The notes under the pieces are model-generated. The model was not told where the DNA came from and searched no databases. It saw nothing but the letters and a program-made list of their open reading frames with translations. Source: Glycera tridactyla (Eukaryota). From it: 64,000 nt of DNA. The translations under genes and the position numbers were made by a program. This document shows, one piece after another, positions 1 through 8,568 of the stretch; the stretch's first letter is position 1, and each line of letters starts with the position of its first letter. The DNA lies in assembly GCA_965644265.1 (NCBI GenBank), contig OZ286477.1:51770001-51834000 (forward strand), read 5' to 3'.

Positions 1-2
1 GA

Positions 3-1310
3 GGGGATACCGCAAGATATCTTTCGAGCTCCCAGGTCAGAGGCACTGCGGGATCTACCAGAGGCAGTCTTGTTGAATGTAATACCAAGTGTACTTTGGG
101 CAGTCTGACCAAAACTAATACAGGATATCTTTCGGTCAATGAGATTGCAGACAATACAAATCATGCTTCAGACTATCCTGCTGAGGGTATGATAGAACAC
201 CCCTCGGATGGACTGGCCAAAGATGAAGCAGCATATTCTCCAAGCAATGAAACTGAGGGTGGTATGAAAGATCCTTCAAGCAGTGTGTTGGATGATTGTT
301 CAAAACTCCTTTCAGGCAAGCAGGTCAAGGGTCGTACAAAGCATCCCCTTAGTAGTAAATATGATGCAGATAGATACACTGAGGCAAATGGTATCACACA
401 ACAATGTTCAACTAGTCATATCAAAGGGTGCAAAGAAGATCCTGGAGACACGGATGCTGAGGGTGATATAAAATATTTTCATGGTGATATGGAGCATCCT
501 TCTGTCTGTCAGGCGGATATAACCACAGGAGATTCTTCAGGTAGTCATCCCGAAGACATTGACGCTTTGAATAGTGATACAGAACAGCCCCCACGAGGTG
601 CAGCAAAAGATAACCCAAAACATCCTGAAGGCTATCAGGCTCAGGATATTGCAGAACAACTTCCAGGGAATCAGACTGAGGGCTACTCAGGACATCCTGC
701 AGACATCAAAGCTGAGTGTGATATGCAAGCTGCAGACTTTCATGCTGAAGGTAATTGTGAACTTTCAAACATTATTGCTGAGGGTACTGGCAGACATTCG
801 AATAGCCTTACTGCCAATGACTCTCATACCAATTCCCCAAAACCAACTTGCAGACAATGTGGTAAACAATTCAAATTCCTCAAAAGTTTAGACTGGCATA
901 TGGTGAACAAGCATGGGCAAAACATCACCAACGAAACTAAGCTGATTGTATCATTGGTGAAGACTAAAGTACGGCTGGAATGTACTGATGGAATTGGTCA
1001 GCGGAATCGGAAATATTGTGTTTCAGGTCTCGCATCACAATCAACTCAGGAAAGTGCACTCCAAAAACCGAAAACGGGTAATGAGGAGAGACGCAGGGAT
1101 GATGGATATCCCATGTCAGAGGCTGCAGTTGTTCAGCATCAAGACCCAAGGAAACAGAAGACAGAGGAGAATCAAATTGAAGATAGCCCCTTGAAACAAA
1201 CTCACTCAAGACTGAAATTATCATGCTACTGTGATCGAGTTTTCACTGATATGTCTGCATTTGCCAGCCACTTAGAGGAACATGCACTGAACATGAAGCC
1301 CCCAGTGTAA
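3..1310 (+). CDS. 3' part of large C2H2 zinc-finger gene, copy A (5' end outside window)
   Basis: Frame is open from base 3 to TAA at 1308-1310. It is paralogous to the C-terminal ~430 aa of the ORFs at 26197 and 52221, with fingers CRQCGKQFKFLKSLDWHMVNKH and CYCDRVFTDMSAFASHLEEH. Confidence 0.85.
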   Translation, partial: GDTARYLSSSQVRGTAGSTRGSLVECNTKCTLGSLTKTNTGYLSVNEIADNTNHASDYPAEGMIEHPSDGLAKDEAAYSPSNETEGGMKDPSSSVLDDCSKLLSGKQVKGRTKHPLSSKYDADRYTEANGITQQCSTSHIKGCKEDPGDTDAEGDIKYFHGDMEHPSVCQADITTGDSSGSHPEDIDALNSDTEQPPRGAAKDNPKHPEGYQAQDIAEQLPGNQTEGYSGHPADIKAECDMQAADFHAEGNCELSNIIAEGTGRHSNSLTANDSHTNSPKPTCRQCGKQFKFLKSLDWHMVNKHGQNITNETKLIVSLVKTKVRLECTDGIGQRNRKYCVSGLASQSTQESALQKPKTGNEERRRDDGYPMSEAAVVQHQDPRKQKTEENQIEDSPLKQTHSRLKLSCYCDRVFTDMSAFASHLEEHALNMKPPV

Positions 1311-2661
1311 ATATGTATGTAGGGAATCTGGATTATCATGCAAACTCATTCGACTGCCAAATGTGTAAAAGAGCATGTCATTCAGAATCCTCACTGTCAA
1401 ACTATATGGAAGGGCATAGGAGTCATGTATCTCCTCAAACTCAGGCCTCACCTCACTTGAATCGCCGAAGTCATTGTGATTCAGTTGAATCACGGGATTG
1501 CCTGCAAAGAACAGTTATTTCTACATCGTCATGCTGATGTGGCAAAAAATCCTTTTGCCTGAAGGAATCAGGCAGGTCTGCTGTAAATTGGACATGTCAT
1601 GTGTACCCAGTGCATGTAAAGCAGCCAAGCATTTGATCTGTCGGGTATAAGACTTTGAATGGAAGAAAGCTAGTATGAATCGTATAACTATCTTTAGATG
1701 TAGAAAGTGTGACAAGGCATTCACAAAGAGGAAAGCATTGGAAGGTCATATGAACTCACACTCAGTGAAAACTGTTTTTGTAAGAAAATATTTCTGCAGT
1801 TTTACGTCTGTGAAGTTTGTCAAAGGGAACAGAATTCCTGTAGGGAATGGAAATCAGCAAAGCAAAGCTTTTGTTGAATATGAATGTGCATATTGTGTTG
1901 AATCATTCAAGACTCATCATGCATTGTCAAATCATTTGCTGAAACAGTAGGCCAATGAGTATCACTGTAAGAGATGTAGCAAGGTGTCCCACCAGCAAAT
2001 GTATGAGACCTACAGTATTAACGTTCACCCCAGATTCAATGCTGACATGGAGGGAGTTGATATGCAATGCTCCTATTCTCAAAATGTTGTTGATAATGTC
2101 AACTGGAGGAACTGATGAATATATCCAGAATCAGCAAGCCAACTCTAAAATAGTTTGTGGGTTGAAGTGTAAATATTGTGGAAGGAATTTCAAAAAGAAG
2201 TGTGCCCTCTCAACACATATGAAAGTTTATCTCAGAGGTCCATTGTGCAGAATCATTTGTTCCTGCCTGCAGGTCCTAATGAATCACAGGATGTGGTGAT
2301 GCAACCTGACTTAAAAACAGCATGTGTACTACATCTTGAGAAGCCATCATCTGTGAATTCCACTCCAGATCATATAGTGTTCAAACCAGAGCCAGAATTG
2401 AATTTACACCATTGCAAACCCCATAGTATTGCAAAGCGTCTTGTCCGGGATTCTACACCGAAAATGCAACTGCAGGGACCATCACTTGATAGAACAAGTG
2501 TGGGTCCCTGCTCATCGCACTTTGAAGGCGATTCTGTGACGGAATGTCCGCTACTACATGATTCATCAGCTAGTGACCATTCCAAAGAGATGACAAATGA
2601 AGATGTCATTTACATCACGGATGAATTGGAAGATGAGGATTGCTATGTTATTGTTGAATAG
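1311..2661 (+). pseudogene. Decayed zinc-finger coding tail after the copy A stop
   Basis: Frameshifted and stop-interrupted segments carry C2H2 fingers (FDCQMCKRACHSESSLSNYMEGH, FRCRKCDKAFTKRKALEGHMNSH, YECAYCVESFKTHHALSNH, LKCKYCGRNFKKKCALSTH) and end in ...DEDCYVIVE-stop. Confidence 0.65.
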
Positions 2662-2699
2662 CAGGGGTAGTAAATAGGTCTTCTCGTTCTGCATTCACA

Positions 2700-4165
2700 C
2701 ACTGTAAAAAATGTGTTAACTGTGATAACTTATTGGTAATGATGCAGCAGTGCTGCGCTATTGCTAATTAGTAGCTATGACTACCAAAGGAGAAGTACAT
2801 CAAACTTGCATTGCAAAAGTAGTGGCATTGCTTTGACTTGAGTCGTCTTGTATATATCACTAGCTCATACTGATTGACACTACTTCGAACTTGCAAGTTG
2901 TCTCAACTTGTTGTCAATAGATACACAAACTTAGAACATGTAACTTGTCATGACTTGTCCCCAGTCAGCAAGTTGACTCAGAATCTGCAAGTTGTTCTGG
3001 CTTGTTCCTATCATCTACTCTGACTTGAAGCCACCAGGTTCTCCTAACTAGTTTATTTCCAGTTTATGTACTAAAATATTACCATCCATTGGTGAGAATG
3101 ATGAAGGAGTTTGATATCGTGATATCAGTAATGTTTGTATGATGGATACTAATTTATCGGAATAGGTAAAATTTTGGAGTTCATTCATTGATGTCATTGA
3201 GCTGGAATCTTAGTGCATTACAGGCCCCCTTCCTCCATATCCCCCCCCCCCCCCCCCCCCCTAAACATCCTGACTATTGACGTACGTGAACTCAATCTGA
3301 CATCAATAAATAACCTTCACAAATTCACCTATTCTAATGAACTGGTATCCATCATACAAATATCACTGAGATCATGACATTGAGCCCTTTCATCATATTC
3401 ACCAATGGATGATGGAAGGCAGCCTAGAATGTGTGATACTACGGATTGAAGAGTGGTTGAGATGGAGGTCTCAACTGTGCCATGCTGGGAGATGATAGTG
3501 GCGGGAAAACATGCACAGTTGAGTGGCCAGTAGTGTGTGACAAGGCAGCCTGGTTACTCCTTTGCTGCTGGACACAACCCATTGGGTATACTACTTCACA
3601 GGTGGCAGCTGGGGGAGAGTGATATGCTAGAGTGCTAGTATAGGTAATAGCAGACTTCCTGCCTGTCTGTTGTTGTACATTGAAAGTTGCACCCCTCTTC
3701 TTGACTTAATATACTTCATCCATTCATCATGCAAGATTTCTACAGATGTACTGAACAGCAAGTGATGATAAAATACAGTCAAATCTATCTTGAGCAGCCA
3801 ACATTTACTGTACGAAAACCTGATAACTGTATCATTATAACTGTATTTTGATGAAAGTTGTTTTAAAACCAATCACTAACCTATTTCATTTTAATTGGCT
3901 GCTTAGGACAGATATGACTGGACCCTATCAGTTGGTCACTTGAAACCAATCTATTCCATCTTGATTGGAGGCTGCTTAGGACAGGTTTGATGTGACCCTA
4001 TCGGCTGGTCACCCGATTAACTCATCCCATATAAGTTGACACTACTCGCAGAATCCAATTTGTCTTCTGTACTCTGAACCAACAAGTATTCATAACTTGA
4101 AAATAAACAACTAGTTGAGTCAACTAGAGAACAACGAGTATAGCTGACAAACAGATGTTACAGTG
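2700..4165. mobile_element. Non-autonomous CACTA/EnSpm (CMC)-type DNA transposon, ~1.47 kb
   Basis: Termini CACTGTAA...TTACAGTG with a 2-bp TSD CA (2698-2699, 4166-4167). Absent at the paralogous sites (31468-31480 and 57524-57536 read gcatttacatggac). Many subterminal ACTTG/CAAGT motifs and no transposase ORF. Confidence 0.8.
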
Positions 4166-5247
4166 CATGGACATAAATTAATTCAGAATCAGCACCCTCT
4201 ACCAGACTGCCCTGTTTCCCTCATCGCTGGTACCTACATCTTAGAACCCATCCCAGTGATATAGCATCTGATAAAGAACCTGAAGTTTCGTCCTTGGGGT
4301 GGGCTATAGGTAGCATAAGTTGTAGGGCATTCATGCGAATTGAATTAGTGCCGTTGCCCTATTAGTGCACCCATCGTTGCCCCAGCAGATACCTTCATCT
4401 TTGTCAATCAATTAATGTTTTCCATAGCTCAGGATGACCCATTTAGGGCATTGCATTACATAGAATCCCCCCTGTATTTTACTGCCGATAAATCCACAGT
4501 CTGATGAAGTCAAAGAAGGTTGAAACAAACAAAATATACCAGTACAGCTCGAAGTAATCAGTGGTCCATCCCGGGTCCATCCCAGGTCAAAGACAGGATT
4601 CGAGTTTCTGTGCCCACTCAGATTGAACTTGAAATGACACCTTGGATTTCCATCAATTTGCAAAATATTTTGCCTCTTTATGGGGCCAAAATATGTGGAA
4701 TCTTGCAACGAATCAACCCATGCATTGGTCAGATCGAAACGTACGGAAGCTGCAGATGAAACATCTATGAGTGCAATTTCAAGTAATACAGTTGTCCATC
4801 TACAGTCTTTGAAGAAATCGAAACCAGATTCGAATCATCCAGAATCTCACTGTGCTGTAGTTCCTTTTGTCTCAGAATCTACAGGAGTGATGCTCACTTG
4901 CAGACTATTGTGAATGTTTATGGTTGTCCATTCACCAATTCAAGGTGGTCTTGAGTGTGCATGTGGAAAGCATCACCAGTAACAGCACTATACATGAAGA
5001 AAGGTACCCAACATGCCAGTTCTTGGCTATTAGAGCTGCATTGAGGTCAGTCGGGAATAGTGATTGCATCTTATATAGGGCATATGTTATCATGAAGCTG
5101 ATCTGGAGTTGCGATTCATATCTTCACGCATTGGGTATTCCTGAACACAGTACATTTGTTTATGCACAATGCATGTATTCAAAGCATTGCTTTCAATCAT
5201 GAGTGTTATCCTTCAGTCACTCACATAGTTGGGTATGTCATTTATAG

Positions 5248-5250
<3 letters not shown>

Positions 5251-5284
<34 letters not shown>
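5251..5284. repeat. (TA)n microsatellite, left flank of LTR element
   Basis: Pure TA run abutting the LTR; homologous to the uninterrupted (TA)n at 58658-58676. Confidence 0.95.
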
Positions 5285-5286
<2 letters not shown>

Positions 5287-6203
5287 GACGGGCTACCGGT
5301 CTGTTGTAGTATATGCTGCGTGGGGCGGTCGAGGGTACGGATCACCAAATTGCTCGCGTTCTCCTACGTTTCTTCCCGATGTCCAATATGCTTACAATAA
5401 ACGATGTGGAGTCCACTTCTTCTTCTTGTGTTTTCACTATGAATGCCTAGTGTTAGAGTGTCACTATATTTCACAAGAGTTCCTGTACGTGGGGGTAAGA
5501 TGTATACGAAATGTATCACAACTCGCTTGAATAGTGATGCATAAAGCAGGCTGTTAAGCTCTACTCAGTGAGGTACTGGATCTTCATGGAGTCGATGTCA
5601 TAGCCGTCTGTCTGGTGGTCCGTCCCCTTCCTTGCCCCTGGGTATAACGTCTGGTAGTGCCCGAATTGCAGTACCCCGATTTCTCGATTTTCTGGGGATT
5701 TTATAGTAAAGTGAGGTATGCCGTTTCTAAGCATATCTCGGCCAATTCTGACGTGTGAGTGGCATGAGTCATATTGGTGACTAATACGGTGTCCGACATG
5801 ATCGGGAGGTGCATTCCTCACCGTCTGGGACCATTTTTGGGTCCCTGAGACCCGGCAGTGCCGAGATATTGACCTACAAAACCTACGTCACTTGACTACA
5901 GTAAATAGGTCAATTTTGACGTAGGACCGGCAATTTGGCTTGTTCAATGCCTTATATAGAATGTTCTTGACCATTTTCCTAGAAATCCGGTGGTTCTGGC
6001 GCTTGTAGCTCGTATGATAGCCGCTACTGCGCTTTGAACGTGGTACCCCCTCTAGGAAGTATTGGTCTATTAATATTTGCAGCATCAGACTGGCCATGGG
6101 CTAAGCCGCGCTCAGTCTTTTGCCCGCTAGCTTTCGTTCCAATCGGACGTATGTATGCTAGCTCTACAGGAATCATATATATCAAGTGAGTGGCTCCATA
6201 ATA
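5281..6203 (-). repeat. 3' LTR (TG...CA core 5286-6198)
   Basis: Direct repeat of 19105-20027 at offset 13824; four substitutions seen by eye, all in the U5-side third. Ends TATTATG...CATAATA. Confidence 0.95.
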
Positions 6204-6207
6204 TATG

Positions 6208-6218
6208 CTCCTGTTTTT
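6208..6218 (-). promoter_or_regulatory. Putative polypurine tract
   Basis: AAAAACAGGAG on the - strand just upstream of the 3' LTR; short and interrupted by one C. Confidence 0.45.
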
Positions 6219-7237
6219 AAGGATTTTAGCCCTCTAAAATAAAAATGAAAAATAATAAAAAATGATGAAAAATGCACAGTTGTTATCATGAAATAAGTAA
6301 AATTATTTTGTGATTTTTGATACCCTTCTTTCCTTATTACTCCTTCTTTAAAGAAGACTGCCCCAGCTGTCTCCATGTCAATTGTATTGTAAAATGTCTC
6401 TGTCTTGTGTGTACCTCCTTTTCGGAGCCGCTCAACCCGAGTAATTTATTTTGATAATACAACAATAAATATATGAATAAATATGTGAATAATACATGCA
6501 TTTTATTCACAACATATGTACGGCATGTCTCAAATCATCGGGTCCAATATTCATACAACATCAGAATTTCACTCATCATGCGTGTCTGCAATCGTGGCGT
6601 ATGTGTTATGCGTGTATACGTGTTTTCATGCTGTATATAACCATTAATAATAGAATTCACACACTACAAATATATTAACAAATCCGACAATTTCGTAATT
6701 TATCAAGAGTGTACCCCGTCGACACATCGAGTTTTCACCAAGACACCGCCTCGAATCCGCAACCGTGATTGGTCTATTCGGATTTGCGCGTGTGTCCGTG
6801 GGGGTAACTTCTTCAAAATTGAAATAATGTACTTGGATTCAATGAAAAACGCCGTCTATGTGGCCAGTTGTCGAGAAACATTCCATATATTTGGTATTTC
6901 CTAACAGAATCATTCCACACTGCAAATATCGTGATAATGATGACTCAATCCTCTTATGGTAGCTGCTAAACTCATTCGTACGCAGCTGATTCATATGTTT
7001 GCCGTCATCACCAGGGAATAAAACTAATGGGTTGTTTGGCACACAACATGTGTAACACATTCATGGTTTCACTTTCGTGACTAATGTTTATACCTTGTGT
7101 CAAACAAGGGTATCTTTGGTGTATATAAACGTCAATGTAGATTCAATTACCATCTGGGGTAATTTATCAACATACCCCACCAAACTTTTCGTGGTATAAT
7201 ACTGCAAGTTTGGAGGCTTGAGTCACACTTTGCAATC

Positions 7238-7513
7238 ATGGACTGCCACTACTGTTTGCTCAAGCTCATATTCGCTGGATTCCATAACGAGAGTTATTTG
7301 CATTGCATAAACGAGACGTCTACTGTTACGCCTATTCTATCTACTGAGCCTCCCCATATGGACAATAACCCGTATGTTTGGATATGGGCAATAATACCAA
7401 TACTATTATTGCTGACCGTGTTCGTCCTCGTCATGTGGCGGGCATATAAGAGGTTCACTATGGGTAAGTACCCCTTTTGTCAGTTAAAGCTGTTAATAAG
7501 TAACAATAAGTAA
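7238..7513 (+). CDS. Antisense (to element) small membrane-protein ORF, probably the first exon of a spliced gene
   Basis: ATG in atcATGg context, N-glycosylation sequons NES and NET, S/T/P-rich stalk, a 21-aa hydrophobic helix VWIWAIIPILLLLTVFVLVMW then RAYKR. Donor G|GTAAGT at 7464 and TATATAAA at 7122-7129. Confidence 0.5.
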   Translation: MDCHYCLLKLIFAGFHNESYLHCINETSTVTPILSTEPPHMDNNPYVWIWAIIPILLLLTVFVLVMWRAYKRFTMGKYPFCQLKLLISNNK

Positions 7514-8154
7514 CTATAAGTACTGATTACCCCTAATCTGTGTTTGTGCATGTGTGTTATCTGGCATGGTGGATGTGATATGGCGGGTATAATCATACTT
7601 GTATATTCAGACTTCTTCAGGATTTGCTTCCGAACTGATCCGACTACTAGCCAGTCGTTCGTACTAATTGTCATTGAAACTATCATCGTTACGAGCGGCT
7701 CGTGCCAATGTCTGTGTTATGACTTGTATATCGGGTTTCACGCGTTACCAGTCAAGCGTGTAGTCGTATCGCCCAGACCTTGCCTGGCTTTCCCGCCGTC
7801 CGTAACATGATCGTTTCACTCTGCGCTGGTTCACTAGTCTCTAGGCGTTGTTGCCGAAACCATGGATCAGCTTCGTATAATAGTAGAAGTCATATCCGGT
7901 ATTTATCTTCTTCGCGCTTGCGAGGCGAGCATGATGAATGCTGAATCGGCCCCCACGGCTGTTCGTAACTCCAATTAGCCGAGGCGATCGTTAGGGCGAT
8001 GTTTGCATTGCTCGCCCAGCAGCATCTACCCATGGGAATAAGTATTAGCACATGTCTCTCAGTGGTAATCTACTTCTCGATCGTATTTCAATGGAAACAA
8101 TTGCTTGTGAAACAGAATAAGTTTAAATGATAAGATGATAAATCGTAAATCCTT

Positions 8155-8568
8155 TTATTGTGGACTAATAGCAGGCCTATTAGTCGTTTGTACCGCGATT
8201 TCCCGTCGTTCCATTATTTCGTAAGAATCCTCATCACTAAATGATGGGGGTGGGGGTATATTCCTTAGAGCTGTTACTAGCGGCTCTATTGCTCGCGGAT
8301 TGGAAATGGGTGGTTGTACCGGCCTTTTTGCGATTTTCTTCCAAGTGGTTTTCTTGTATCTGTATAGAAACCAGCCAGCTATCAATATGGTTGCTAGCAA
8401 CGATACTGTTATTATTAACACAATGAGTATTGTCAACCAGAGACTTCTCTGCTTTCTCTGGTCGGTGTGGATCAGATTGAATGGGTTAAGGGTCCTCCCC
8501 TTTAATATTTCGTCCATCGCTTTATCCAGATCCATTCCAAAAGATATCATATCATCTAGGCCCAACCT
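8155..8568 (-). CDS. env: Env C-terminal segment (TM anchor and cytoplasmic tail), in frame beyond a TAA
   Basis: Same frame as 8569-11013 (GAT TAA AGG TTG). Contains TM LWLTILIVLIITVSLLATILIAGWFLY, basic stop-transfer RYKK, and a YEIM (YxxPhi) motif in the tail. Confidence 0.8.
   Translation of the reverse strand, partial: RLGLDDMISFGMDLDKAMDEILKGRTLNPFNLIHTDQRKQRSLWLTILIVLIITVSLLATILIAGWFLYRYKKTTWKKIAKRPVQPPISNPRAIEPLVTALRNIPPPPSFSDEDSYEIMERREIAVQTTNRPAISPQ

Noticed and set aside
5156-5530. 124-aa ORF (and 19046-19354)
   Set aside because: Chance frame running through the TA repeat into the LTR.
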